64,000 bases of DNA from Herpetosiphon giganteus (GTDB taxonomy: Bacteria; Chloroflexota; Chloroflexia; Chloroflexales; Herpetosiphonaceae). Positions 27,705 through 38,099 of this stretch are shown here, one piece after another (within the stretch, counting starts at the first letter, position 1; each line of letters begins with the position of its first letter). Below the pieces are notes generated by a model, which did no database searches, was not told where the DNA came from, and worked only from the letters and a program-made list of their open reading frames with translations. The DNA lies in the NCBI RefSeq assembly GCF_016907925.1, contig NZ_JAFBCZ010000018.1:1-64000 (forward strand), given 5' to 3'. Both the position numbers and the translations under genes were made by a program.

Positions 27705-28403
27705 CTACGCACTAGCGCTGGTACGACGCAGCCGCGCTTTGATAGCTTGAACCAACCCACGCACCCGAGTTTCAACCATATGCTCAGGGTTAGGAGCCAT
27801 CAAGACCGGGCTAAGCGAACGCTGAGAAACAACAATCTCGCAGGACACCTCCACCAAGTTCAAGGCGATCAAACGATGCAACACTTTGAGAGTTTGATCG
27901 TAATTCCAACCAGTGGCTTCAACCAGTTCGGCCACGCTTAATTCTTGGACCAATTGGCTCAAAATGCGCCAATCTTCGAGGGTCAGGGTGATGTCGCTGG
28001 CTTGGCTGAGCTTTGGTACCAAGCGCAAACGCGAGGTTGGCTGAAGTTTGGTCGTGCCAGCCAAGCGTTGTGGTTGGTCGCGGCGACGCAAGCCTTCAAT
28101 AATCAGCCAATCAATTGAGCGTTGAATTTGCACGCTGACCGTTTCTTGCGGGTTGGGTGGCAAAAAGACAAATTGGGCATCGTCCCAAGCCAGCATATCA
28201 AACACCGCTTGTTCACCACACGTTACCCGTTCATGGGACGTATTTTTGACCACCCCTGCATTGATGATCGCGCCATCAAAAAACCATAACATCGCCTTGA
28301 ATGGAGCATTCGCAATCAGTAGACGACCAGTTTTGCGCCCATGATGAAATACATGCATCAAATCAATTAATGGCATATCAGCAAAATTACCTTCGAGAGC
28401 CAT
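27705..28403 (-). CDS. DUF4388 (MglA-associated) domain protein
   Basis: N-terminus LEGNFADMPLIDLMHVFHHGRKTGRLLI is the DUF4388 signature; AAGGAGA RBS; 2-bp gap to the GTPase start. Confidence 0.7.
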   Translation of the reverse strand: MALEGNFADMPLIDLMHVFHHGRKTGRLLIANAPFKAMLWFFDGAIINAGVVKNTSHERVTCGEQAVFDMLAWDDAQFVFLPPNPQETVSVQIQRSIDWLIIEGLRRRDQPQRLAGTTKLQPTSRLRLVPKLSQASDITLTLEDWRILSQLVQELSVAELVEATGWNYDQTLKVLHRLIALNLVEVSCEIVVSQRSLSPVLMAPNPEHMVETRVRGLVQAIKARLRRTSASA

Positions 28404-28764
28404 AGCCGTCTCCTTTTTGCGCAGTACAACCAGTCGATGTTGTCTAGGTTTTGTCCATATTCTGTACAAAAATAATACATAACTGGAACAAATATATTTT
28501 CTAGCAGGCTTAATTGCAGGCATCGACGTAAGAAAAATAACAACTGTATTATGGCCGCAACTGGATGTATCCGTCTATGATATGTCAATACTCTTTATGG
28601 CTATGCAGGGGTAAGGTAACGATTGGGATGGAAGTACTAGAAGACGTTTCCATGGAGAGGAGCGAAGGTATAACGTGCTAGGTTGATTGAACCATGCCTA
28701 AGAGGGGTTTGTCAAGATGGGATACAATAGCCACGATCTGCGGTTTTTTAGTATTGAGGTTGTT

Positions 28765-29385
28765 ATGGGCTTACATGTATCATCGCATCCATTGGTTTTA
28801 CATAAATTGGCGTTACTGCGGCGCGTCGAGAGCGAACCAAAGAAATTCCGTGAATTGGTACGCGAAATTTCGCAATTTTTGGTCTATGAAGCAACTGCTG
28901 ATATGCCGCTCGCGCCCTATACAATTCAGACCCCTTTAGGCTCGATGGAAGGCCACGCTATCGGCGCACGCATTGGCTTGATTCCAATTTTGCGGGCTGG
29001 CTTGGGCATGGTCGAGCCAGTGATCGACCTCTTGCCAACCGCTCACGTCTGGCATTTAGGCCTGTATCGCGACCATAACTCGCTTGAGCCAGTTACCTAC
29101 TATAACAAATTGCCAGCCCAACCTGATATTGATGTGTGTTTGATTCTCGACCCAATGTTGGCAACTGGTGGCTCGGCAGTTGCTGCGGTTGATATTTTGA
29201 AGGCTTGGGGCGCTGCCAAGATTAAATTCTTGGGGTTAATCGCCGCACCTGAAGGGGTAGAACGTTTGCAAACCGCTCACCCCGACGTGGAAATTCATTT
29301 GGCGGCGCTTGACGAACGCTTGAACGAGCAAGGCTATATCGTGCCAGGCTTGGGCGATGCAGGTGACCGCCAATTTGGGACGTAG
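28765..29385 (+). CDS. upp: uracil phosphoribosyltransferase
   Basis: [12 protein letters not shown]...[11 protein letters not shown]...[14 protein letters not shown]-binding motif. Confidence 0.9.
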   Translation: MGLHVSSHPLVLHKLALLRRVESEPKKFRELVREISQFLVYEATADMPLAPYTIQTPLGSMEGHAIGARIGLIPILRAGLGMVEPVIDLLPTAHVWHLGLYRDHNSLEPVTYYNKLPAQPDIDVCLILDPMLATGGSAVAAVDILKAWGAAKIKFLGLIAAPEGVERLQTAHPDVEIHLAALDERLNEQGYIVPGLGDAGDRQFGT

Positions 29386-29391
29386 GCAAGA

Positions 29392-30372
29392 ATGCGCATT
29401 TTAGTAACTGGGGCAACTGGTTTTTTGGGTTCGCACACCGCTTTGGCCCTGCACAAAGCTGGGCATACGGTGCTGGGCTTGGGTCGCCGCTGGCAGCAGG
29501 TTCCGCAGCTTGTGAACGCTGGGATTCAGCCGATTATCGCAGATTTGCGCGAGCGCGAGGCGGTAATTGCAGCCTGCGCTGGCTGCGATCTGGTGGTGCA
29601 TAGCGGGGCACTTTCGGCACCGTGGGGCAGTCGCCGTGATTTCCAGGCAATTAATGTTGATGGAACCGCGCATGTGCTGGCTGGTTGTGCTGCGCACAAT
29701 GTTGGACGCTTGGTGTTTATTTCATCACCAAGCGTTCTTTCGAATGGCCACGATCAGCTGGATTTAGTCGACACTGCGCCCTATCCGGCGCGGCCAATCT
29801 CGCTCTATTCAGCCAGCAAACAGCAGGCCGAGCAATTGGTGCTGGCGCATGCAATGCCAAGCGTGATTTTGCGGCCCAAGGCGATTTTTGGTGAAGGCGA
29901 CCAAGCGTTGTTGCCACGGATTATTGCGGCAGCGCGGGCTGGGCGCTTACGCCAATTTGGCGCTGGCCAAAATTTGGTTGATTTAACCTATGTGGAAAAC
30001 GTGGTGCATGCAATTGAGCTGGCGTTAACCGCACCAGCGGCACTTGGCAAGGCCTACACAATCACCAACGCCGAACATCCGCAACTGTGGGCGGTCATTC
30101 GGCGCGTACTAGCGGAGTTGGGCGTGCAGAGCGATTTGCGGCCAATGCCCTTGCCGGTGGCCCTGTTGATGGCACGCATAATGGAAAGTATTAGTCTGGT
30201 AACTCGCCGCGAGCCATTGTTGACGCGCTATAGCGTGCTGGCCTTGGCGCGCAGCCAAACCCATTCGATTGTTGCTGCTCAACACGATTTGGGCTATCAA
30301 CCACAAATTAGCCTTGAGCTTGGCATTCAACGCACAATCGCCGCCCTCAAACAGCCAACAAAGGTGGATTAA
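29392..30372 (+). CDS. NAD-dependent epimerase/dehydratase (3beta-HSD-like) family protein
   Basis: MRILVTGATGFLGSH Rossmann; YSASK catalytic YxxxK. Confidence 0.85.
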   Translation: MRILVTGATGFLGSHTALALHKAGHTVLGLGRRWQQVPQLVNAGIQPIIADLREREAVIAACAGCDLVVHSGALSAPWGSRRDFQAINVDGTAHVLAGCAAHNVGRLVFISSPSVLSNGHDQLDLVDTAPYPARPISLYSASKQQAEQLVLAHAMPSVILRPKAIFGEGDQALLPRIIAAARAGRLRQFGAGQNLVDLTYVENVVHAIELALTAPAALGKAYTITNAEHPQLWAVIRRVLAELGVQSDLRPMPLPVALLMARIMESISLVTRREPLLTRYSVLALARSQTHSIVAAQHDLGYQPQISLELGIQRTIAALKQPTKVD

Positions 30373-31188
30373 ATGCAGGTTTTCTTGCTGGATACGGGAA
30401 TTTGCCGCGTGCCCGAATATCATATGGTGCGCGATGGCAGCAGCCAAATTATCGATTGCCATGCAGTTGTGGCTTTGATTGAGCATCCCCAGCGAGGTTG
30501 GGGCTTGTTTGATGTTGGTTATAGCCAAGCGATGCTCAGCGCAACCGAGCATTTGCCGTGGTCGCTCTATCGGCGGGCTACGCCACTGCGCTTATCGCCA
30601 GCGCTAGAAGTGATCAATCAACTGCCAAACTATGGCTTGAGCGCCGCCGATATTGGCTGGATTGTGCTTTCGCACGCACATGCCGACCACGTAGCCGCGT
30701 TGGCCGATTTTCCGCAGGCCGAGTTGTATCTGTCGGCAACGGCGTTTGAGTTGGTCAGCCAAGTTCAGGGGATTAATGCTTTGCGGCGGGGCATTATCCC
30801 AAGCTTATTTCCCCAAGCTTGGCACCAACGTCTGCATTTAATTCATGCATTTAACGATCAGCCGTTGTTTGCTTTGGGCAATAGTCACGATTTGTTTGGC
30901 GATGGACTGTTGCGCTTGGTCGAATTGCCCGGCCATGCGCGCGGCCAAATTGGCATGTATGTTGCCAATCAACGCCCGATGTTGCTGGCGGCAGATGGTG
31001 CATGGCACTCGCGGGCGATTCGCGAACAAGTGCTGCCGCACCCAATTACCTATTTGATGATCGACGATGCCAAAGCCATGGCAACGACCTTGGCGCGCTT
31101 GAGCGCCTTTGCCCAAGCCTACCCTGAGGTGTTGATTGTGCCCTGCCACTGCCCAGAAATTTATGCCAGCGAGGTAGCCAAGGCATGA
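30373..31188 (+). CDS. MBL-fold metallo-hydrolase
   Basis: LSHAHADH motif; start abuts the upstream stop. Confidence 0.8.
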   Translation: MQVFLLDTGICRVPEYHMVRDGSSQIIDCHAVVALIEHPQRGWGLFDVGYSQAMLSATEHLPWSLYRRATPLRLSPALEVINQLPNYGLSAADIGWIVLSHAHADHVAALADFPQAELYLSATAFELVSQVQGINALRRGIIPSLFPQAWHQRLHLIHAFNDQPLFALGNSHDLFGDGLLRLVELPGHARGQIGMYVANQRPMLLAADGAWHSRAIREQVLPHPITYLMIDDAKAMATTLARLSAFAQAYPEVLIVPCHCPEIYASEVAKA

Positions 31189-32483
31189 GCATCAGCGATA
31201 TGTTGATTACAAGCGCGTATTTTGGGCGGGCACGTTGGCGTTGGCGGCTGAATCGGCAGCGCTTGCGAGATTTTCAAAATACCAAAGCGCAGCAATTAAT
31301 TCCGTGGGTGGCTCAGCATTCGGCCTTCTATCGCCAGCATTGGCAAGGCCACGATCTGCGCGATTGGCGCAATTTGCCAACCGTCGATAAACGCTTGATG
31401 ATGGCCAATTTTCGTGAATTCAATACCTTACAAGTGCCAGCCGCTGCCGCTTTCGATCTGGCGCAACAAGCAGAGCAAGAGCGTGATTTTGTGCCGCGCT
31501 TGGGCGATCTGACGGTTGGGCTTTCGTCGGGCACGTCGGGTCATCGCGGCTTGTTTTTGCTTAGCCCCGCCGAGCAATTGCTGTGGGTTGGCACGATTTT
31601 GGCCCGCACATTACACCACATCAAGCCAACCAAAATTGCCTTTTTCCTGCGTGCCAACAGCAATCTTTACCAACAATTGGGCGGGCGTTTGATTCAATTT
31701 CGCTATTTTGATTTGACCCAAGCGCTTGAGCCGCAGCTTGAAATGCTGAATACCTACCAGCCAACAATTATCGTTGCACCGCCAGCATTGCTGTTGCAAT
31801 TGCTCGCAGCAGCCCAAAATGGCGCATTGACGCATCGACCTGAGCGCATGATTAGCGTGGCCGATGCGTTGGCTTCAGATGAACAAGCGCAACTCAGCAG
31901 GTTTTTTGGCATTCCAATCGAGCAAATCTATCAAGCAACCGAAGGTTTGCTCGCCATTTCGTGTGCTCACGGCAGTTTGCACATTCAAGAAGATTTGGTG
32001 GCGCTGGATTTTGAGGATTTGGGCCAAGGCCGAGTTACGCCGTATGTGACCGATTTATGGCGGCGCACCCAGCCGATTATTCGCTATCGCTTGAACGATG
32101 TGTTGCGCTTGAGTTCGCAAGCGTGCAGCTGTGGCAGCAGCTTCACGGTGATTGAACAGATCGAAGGGCGGCGCGATGATATTTGCTATTTCACCGCTTA
32201 TGGCCAGCGCCAAGCAATGTTCCCTGATAGCTTGCGTCGCGCCATTCTCCTGGCGCATCCAGCAATTCTAGAATATCAAATCATCCAGCCAGCAGATGAC
32301 CAGTTGCAAATCACCTTAACCGTGGCGAATGCAACAGATCCTACATTGATTAGTACAGCGGTTGAGCAGCAGATTCAGCGTCAACTAGCCGAATATGGTT
32401 GTAGCGCGTATCATTTGAGCATCAATTTTGCCGCAATCGATTATGGGACGCTGAATAAACGGCGGCGGGTAATTCGGCAATGA
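31185..32483 (+). CDS. F390-synthetase-related / PaaK-like adenylate-forming enzyme
   Basis: GLSSGTSGHRG phosphate-binding loop; YQATEG; 4-bp overlaps at both ends. Confidence 0.7.
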   Translation: MSISDMLITSAYFGRARWRWRLNRQRLRDFQNTKAQQLIPWVAQHSAFYRQHWQGHDLRDWRNLPTVDKRLMMANFREFNTLQVPAAAAFDLAQQAEQERDFVPRLGDLTVGLSSGTSGHRGLFLLSPAEQLLWVGTILARTLHHIKPTKIAFFLRANSNLYQQLGGRLIQFRYFDLTQALEPQLEMLNTYQPTIIVAPPALLLQLLAAAQNGALTHRPERMISVADALASDEQAQLSRFFGIPIEQIYQATEGLLAISCAHGSLHIQEDLVALDFEDLGQGRVTPYVTDLWRRTQPIIRYRLNDVLRLSSQACSCGSSFTVIEQIEGRRDDICYFTAYGQRQAMFPDSLRRAILLAHPAILEYQIIQPADDQLQITLTVANATDPTLISTAVEQQIQRQLAEYGCSAYHLSINFAAIDYGTLNKRRRVIRQ

Positions 32484-33733
32484 ACTATTGCATCTTGGCG
32501 CTTGGCTCGCGGGGCGATGTGCAGCCGTTTATCGCTTTGGCGCTTGGTTTGCAGGCCCAAGGCCATCAAGTTATCATCGCCGCCGCCCACGATTATCGGG
32601 CGCTGGTCGAAAGCTATGACTGCCGCTTTGCCCCCTTGATTGGCTCGATTCAAGCTTTGCTTGACCCTGAGCAAATGGCGGCGGGTTTGGCAGCAGGTCG
32701 CGGCGCAATTATCAAACAATTTCTCCAACAAACCCCGCCAATTATTCAGCAATTAATCGCCGATGCGTTGGCGGCATGTCGTGATGCAGATTGTTTGATT
32801 GTAGCAAGTTTGGGCATCTGGCCTGCACTACATTTGGCTGAGCATTTACAGATTCCAGTGGTGGTGGCGCATATGCATCCGTATGGCGCTAGCAGCCAAA
32901 CGGCGCATCATTTTACGCCGCAATTGGCGTGGCCTGCCTATCGCCGCATGAGCTATGCGCTGGCCGAACAAGTGCAATGGCAAGTGCTGCGCATGGCCTT
33001 CAATCAAGCGCGCCAGCAGCTTTTGCAACGACCAGGCTTGAGTGTCGGTCAACTGTGGCAACGCAGCCGCCAGTTTCAGCCGCCAAATTTGTATGCCTAT
33101 AGCGCGTTGGTTGCGCCGCCGCCTGCACATTGGCAGAACGCTGGCTCGATTACTGGCTATTGGATGCTCGAACCAGCGCCAAACTGGCAAGCTCCGGCGG
33201 CAGTGCGTGATTTTCTGGCAGCAGGCCCAGCGCCAATCGCCGTGAGTTTTGGCAGTATGATCCATGGCCAACAGCGCGGCGCGGAATTAAGCCAATTGCT
33301 AATTGCAGCCAGCCAAAAAGCCAACCTGCGCCTGATTATCAACCAAGGTTGGGGTGATTTGGCTCAGGGCCACTTGCCAAGCAATTGCTTCGCAGCTAAT
33401 GGCTTGGATTATGCTTGGCTGTTTGGGCAGGTTGCGGCGGTGGTGCATCATGGCGGGGCTGGCGTAACGGCAACCGCATTGCATGCCGCCAAGCCAGCGT
33501 TGGTCACGCCATTTTTGGGCGACCAATATTTTTGGGGCCAACGGGTGTATGCTTTAAAAACTGGGCCTGCGCCTGTGCCAGCCAATCGATTGCAGATTGA
33601 TCGCTTGGCGCAGCTGTTGCGCAGCTTGAGCGAACGTACCGATTATCAACTCGCAGCCCAACAGCTTGCCAGCAAATTAGCCGCTGAACATGGCGTACAG
33701 CAAGCCATCGCATGGCTAGAGCAACGGTTTTGA
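32480..33733 (+). CDS. GT1 (MGT/UGT-type) glycosyltransferase
   Basis: ILALGSRGDVQPFIALALGL N-terminus; C-terminal HHGGAGVTATAL PSPG-like box. Confidence 0.8.
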   Translation: MNYCILALGSRGDVQPFIALALGLQAQGHQVIIAAAHDYRALVESYDCRFAPLIGSIQALLDPEQMAAGLAAGRGAIIKQFLQQTPPIIQQLIADALAACRDADCLIVASLGIWPALHLAEHLQIPVVVAHMHPYGASSQTAHHFTPQLAWPAYRRMSYALAEQVQWQVLRMAFNQARQQLLQRPGLSVGQLWQRSRQFQPPNLYAYSALVAPPPAHWQNAGSITGYWMLEPAPNWQAPAAVRDFLAAGPAPIAVSFGSMIHGQQRGAELSQLLIAASQKANLRLIINQGWGDLAQGHLPSNCFAANGLDYAWLFGQVAAVVHHGGAGVTATALHAAKPALVTPFLGDQYFWGQRVYALKTGPAPVPANRLQIDRLAQLLRSLSERTDYQLAAQQLASKLAAEHGVQQAIAWLEQRF

Positions 33734-33757
33734 ACTTTTTAATGACGAGGTAGTAGT

Positions 33758-34744
33758 ATGCAGTTTCCTCTGCGCATCGCCGGCATCGGCGCTTACGTTC
33801 CAGCAACCATCGTTACCACCAGCGACTTGGCCGAGCGCTTTGGGGTTGATTCCAGCATCATTGAGCGCACCACGGGCATTACCGAGCGCCGTTATGCGGT
33901 GGAAGAAACTGCCTTGACGATGGCGGTTCAAGCCTCACAACAAGCGCTAGCCGATGCCAAGTACGAGCTTGATAGTATCGATTTGATTGTGGTGGCAGCA
34001 GCAGGCATGCATCAATATATTCCATGTACCGCCGCTTTATTGCAAAAGGCTTTACAAGCACCAGCAGGCCGCAGCGCCTGTTTCGATTTAAACGCTACCT
34101 GTTTAAGTTTTCTGTTTGGCTTGCAAGTGTTAGCGCCCTTAATTGCCAGCGGAGTTTATAAACGAGTACTTTTGGTCAGCACCGAACGCGCTTCGGTTGC
34201 GCTCGACCCCAACGAATGGCAATCGACAGCTTTATTTGGCGATGCAGCGGCGGCAGTTATTTTGGAGCGTGGCGATGGTAGCAGCAGCCTCGAACGAAGC
34301 CAATTTACAACATGGAGCAATGGTAGCGATTTGATTCAAATTCGTGGTGGCGGCTCAAACCAGCATCCCAATGCAGCCACCACCACGCCCGACATGAATT
34401 GGTTTTCGATGCAAGGGCCGTTGGCGTTTCGCTTTGTGTTCCGCGAGCTTCAGCAATTTGTAAAGCAATTTTTGGTCGATCTTGGCTGGCAAAATCACGA
34501 AGTCGATGCTTTGATTCCGCATCAAGCTAACCGCCATGCCATTGAGCAAGTGCAAGTGCGCTTAGGCTTTACCGCTGATCAAGTGATTAGCAATTTTGCC
34601 AAACGTGGTAATTGTGTTGCTGCCTCAATTCCCTTAGCGTTGGCCGAAGCTGTGGCCGAGGGCCGCATTCAACGCGGCAATCGGTTGGTGTTGCTTGGCT
34701 CGGGCGCTGGCATTACCTTGGGCGTGGTGGCCTTGATTTACTAG
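33758..34744 (+). CDS. 3-oxoacyl-ACP synthase III (FabH-like) family condensing enzyme
   Basis: catalytic Cys in FDLNATCLSF; H in IPHQANRHA; N in GNCVAASIP. Confidence 0.8.
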   Translation: MQFPLRIAGIGAYVPATIVTTSDLAERFGVDSSIIERTTGITERRYAVEETALTMAVQASQQALADAKYELDSIDLIVVAAAGMHQYIPCTAALLQKALQAPAGRSACFDLNATCLSFLFGLQVLAPLIASGVYKRVLLVSTERASVALDPNEWQSTALFGDAAAAVILERGDGSSSLERSQFTTWSNGSDLIQIRGGGSNQHPNAATTTPDMNWFSMQGPLAFRFVFRELQQFVKQFLVDLGWQNHEVDALIPHQANRHAIEQVQVRLGFTADQVISNFAKRGNCVAASIPLALAEAVAEGRIQRGNRLVLLGSGAGITLGVVALIY

Positions 34745-34753
34745 GAATTGGCG

Positions 34754-35500
34754 ATGGTTGTGTTGATTACTGGGGCTGGCACTGGCCTTGGTCAGGCCAT
34801 GGCGCTGGCCTTGGGCAAACGGGGCGCAACAATTATTCTGGTTGGCCGTCGCCGCGAAAAGCTAGCCCATAGTGCTGGCTTAATTACCCAGGCAGGCGGC
34901 CAAGCGTGGCCAATCGTTTGCGATTTAAGCGATCAGCAGGCGGTGCAAACACTCGCCAAGCAGATTAAACACCGCTATCTTCAGCTCGATTTAATCATTC
35001 ATAATGCTGCAATCCTCGCTGGCGGAGCTTTTGAACAACTACCTGAACAGCACATTTTAGCTGCAATTACTGCCAATCTGGTATCCCCAATTTGGCTTAC
35101 CCGCCACCTCTTGCCCAAAGCAATCTTGATTGTTGGCAGCACGGTCAGCAGGGTTGCCATGCCCGGCGCAAGCCTGTATAGCTTGAGCAAAGCGGCGCTT
35201 GAGGCGTGGGCCTTGGCGCTCGCCGCTGAAACCACAATCAGGGTTGTGCGGGCCTATCCGCCTGCCAGCAAAACCGCAATGACCGCCGCCATGGCCCAAC
35301 AAAGCGGCCACCGTTTTCCCCTAGCCGAGCCAAACCAGGTAGGCGAGCACATTATTCAGCACTATTTGGCTGGCGAAAGCGAAATTATACTGAGTATCAA
35401 TGATCGACTGCTTTTTTGGCTGCAACGCTACAGCCCAAAACTGCTCCAAGCATTGCTCAAACGCTATCATCGCCAGCTGATCAAGCTGTGGAGCGCCTAG
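34754..35500 (+). CDS. SDR family oxidoreductase
   Basis: VLITGAGTGLGQA Rossmann; YSLSK catalytic motif; start ATG 34754 with AGGAA RBS. Confidence 0.8.
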   Translation: MVVLITGAGTGLGQAMALALGKRGATIILVGRRREKLAHSAGLITQAGGQAWPIVCDLSDQQAVQTLAKQIKHRYLQLDLIIHNAAILAGGAFEQLPEQHILAAITANLVSPIWLTRHLLPKAILIVGSTVSRVAMPGASLYSLSKAALEAWALALAAETTIRVVRAYPPASKTAMTAAMAQQSGHRFPLAEPNQVGEHIIQHYLAGESEIILSINDRLLFWLQRYSPKLLQALLKRYHRQLIKLWSA

Positions 35501-35574
35501 CGCAAGCATTTGACAAACCAAACCCAGCCGACTACAATTGCCGCCTTGTTGATACTTAATATCAATAATTACTA

Positions 35575-37143
35575 ATGAAAGGTTTGGCAATGCGGCGTTT
35601 TGGTGCTCAGCTTTTAGGGCTGATTCTGCTTATCCAGTTGTTAATCGCCTGTGGCACAGCCAGCGAAACAGCTCAAACAATAACTTCGACGAATGCAACG
35701 AGCGAGCAAACGGCCAATCCCAACGGCGTGTTGCGGATTGGTACCGGTATCAATTTGCCAGTTGGCTTGGATGTAGCGCAAGGTTCGACTGGCTACAACA
35801 TGGTGACCTATGGCGCAGGCGAAACCCTGATGCGCTTTACTGTTGATAATAAGCTTGAGCCGTGGTTGGCCGAAAGCGTCAGCGCGCTCGATGCTACGAC
35901 GTGGCAAATTAAATTGCGCCAAGGCGTGCGCTTTCACGATGGCAGCGAACTCAAGGCTAGCGATGTAGTTACCTCATTCAATAGCAGCTGGCAAAACTTG
36001 AGTGCCGCCAAAAACTTCATTCCTGCCGATAGCAAAACCACGGTGATTGATGATTACACCCTGAATTTGAGCACCAGCCAAGCCGAAGGCAGCATTCCCT
36101 ATAGCCTTGCCAACTGGAATTTCGTCATTCACAAGCCTGCGGTCAATGGCGTTTCGGTGTTGACTGGCATGTATCAGCCGATTAGCCTCGAAAAAGACCA
36201 AGAATTGGTGCTCGAACGCTTTGCCAATTATTGGGATGGTCAGGCAGGCTTGCAAAAAATCAGCGTCAAGAAAATTCCCGATGCCAATGCCCGTGCGTTG
36301 GCGTTGCAAAGCGGCGATTTGGATATGTTGACCAATGTCGCGCCTGATTTGGCCAGCGGCATACCAGTAGATATTGAGCTTCAGAGCGTTGCTGGCACGC
36401 GCATGCATTATGTTATGTTAGATAGTGCAAATCCACCATTTGATGATCGTTTGGTGCGCCAAGCCATAACCTTGGCAATCGATCGCCAAGCCTTGTTGCA
36501 AGCGACGCTTGATGGCCAAGGTGCAGTCGCAACCAATCTCTATCCAGCAAGCGTTGGGATTGAACTTGTCGAAGCCCAAATTTTTGATCCCGCCCAAGCT
36601 GCCACATTGCTTGACCAAGCAGGCTGGATTGTCGGCAGCGATGGCATGCGCAGCAAAAATGGCCAAGCACTGGCATTTACCTTGCACAGCTACCCAGGCC
36701 GCGCCGAAATCACCTTGATGGCAATCGCGATTCAAGCCCAATTGAAAGAGCTTGGAATTGCGGTTGAGGTCAAGGAAGTGACCGATATTGGCGAAATCGT
36801 CGAAAAAGGCAACTTCAACGCCAGTATGTATTCAATCGGCACCTCGCCAGATCCTCAATACACGGTTGGCACGACGCTGATTAAGGGTGCGGCCTACAAC
36901 TACGCTGGCTATAGCAACCCAGCAATTGAAAGCGCCTTTGCAGAACTGCGCGCCGAGCAAGACCATGCCAAACGGATCGCAATTGCCAAGCGGATTCAAA
37001 CCGAAGTCAAAAATGATCCAGTGAATATCTATCTTGCCAGCCCACCCCTGATTACGGCCTATCGCAAGGGCAGCCTCAGTGGCTATGTGCCAAATCCCAA
37101 TGATGTGTATTTGATTACCAAGGAATTGAAACTCAATCAATGA
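35575..37143 (+). CDS. ABC transporter substrate-binding lipoprotein (family 5, peptide/nickel type)
   Basis: signal peptide with lipobox LLIACGTAS; SBP-5 length and composition. Confidence 0.8.
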   Translation: MKGLAMRRFGAQLLGLILLIQLLIACGTASETAQTITSTNATSEQTANPNGVLRIGTGINLPVGLDVAQGSTGYNMVTYGAGETLMRFTVDNKLEPWLAESVSALDATTWQIKLRQGVRFHDGSELKASDVVTSFNSSWQNLSAAKNFIPADSKTTVIDDYTLNLSTSQAEGSIPYSLANWNFVIHKPAVNGVSVLTGMYQPISLEKDQELVLERFANYWDGQAGLQKISVKKIPDANARALALQSGDLDMLTNVAPDLASGIPVDIELQSVAGTRMHYVMLDSANPPFDDRLVRQAITLAIDRQALLQATLDGQGAVATNLYPASVGIELVEAQIFDPAQAATLLDQAGWIVGSDGMRSKNGQALAFTLHSYPGRAEITLMAIAIQAQLKELGIAVEVKEVTDIGEIVEKGNFNASMYSIGTSPDPQYTVGTTLIKGAAYNYAGYSNPAIESAFAELRAEQDHAKRIAIAKRIQTEVKNDPVNIYLASPPLITAYRKGSLSGYVPNPNDVYLITKELKLNQ

Positions 37144-38099
37144 GTAGCTTGCTCCGCCAAATTGCTGGGCGCTTGCTAAGCGGGCTGATCGTCTTATGGA
37201 TGGTCAGCGTGCTGGCCTTTCTGATTATTCATGCTGCCCCAGGCGACCCAGCCCGCATGCTGTTGAATGCCAACGGTCTTGATGCGCCGCCAGTCGAAGC
37301 GGTCGAGGCCAAACGGCGCGAGCTTGGCCTCGACCAACCGTTGCTCAAGCAATATAGCAATTGGATTGGCGGCATTGTGCAGGGCAATTTTGGCAGCAGC
37401 TACCATTCGGGCAAGCCTGTTTGGCTGATGTATCGTGAGCGTTTGCCAGCAACCTTGCTGATGGCTGGCTTGGCCTTGATGCTCTCGCTGAGCATTGCAA
37501 TTCCCTTGGGCTTGCTCAGCGCAATCAAACGCCACAGTTTATTAGACCATGCGGCGCAACTGTTGGCGGTCATCGGGGCGGCAATTCCTGGCTTTTGGAT
37601 TGGCTTGGTGCTCATTTTGGTTTTTGCTGCCAAACTGCGTTGGTTGCCAGCTTTGGGCAGCGCCACATTTAAAGGTATGTTGCTGCCAGCAATTATTTTG
37701 GCCTTGCCCAATATTGCCCTGACCTCGCGGCTCGTGCGTGCTACGACGCTCGATGTGCTGAATCAACAATACATCGTGACTGCGCGGGCTAAAGGTCGCT
37801 CGGAACATGGCTTGTTATTTGCCCATGCCCTGCCCAATGTTGCTGCCAGTTTGATCACCCCAATTAGCCTAGAAATAGCATTTTTGCTGACTGGAACGGT
37901 GATTATCGAGCATGTTTTTGCCTATCCCGGGATTGGGCGCATGGCGGTTGAGGCGGCGTTAATTGGCGATATGCCAGTTTTGGGCTTGGCGGTGTTGATT
38001 GCAGGAGGAATCTATGTTATCGCTAACTGGTGCGCTGACCTCGGTATGGCAGCGCTTGACCCACGGCTCCGCCAACATCGCCAAAGCTCAACAGGCTGA
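37140..38099 (+). CDS. ABC transporter permease (DppB/OppB-like)
   Basis: N-terminal LLSGLIVLWMVSVLAFLIIHAAPGDPA; EAA-like loop; ends near DPRLR. Confidence 0.85.
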   Translation: MSSLLRQIAGRLLSGLIVLWMVSVLAFLIIHAAPGDPARMLLNANGLDAPPVEAVEAKRRELGLDQPLLKQYSNWIGGIVQGNFGSSYHSGKPVWLMYRERLPATLLMAGLALMLSLSIAIPLGLLSAIKRHSLLDHAAQLLAVIGAAIPGFWIGLVLILVFAAKLRWLPALGSATFKGMLLPAIILALPNIALTSRLVRATTLDVLNQQYIVTARAKGRSEHGLLFAHALPNVAASLITPISLEIAFLLTGTVIIEHVFAYPGIGRMAVEAALIGDMPVLGLAVLIAGGIYVIANWCADLGMAALDPRLRQHRQSSTG

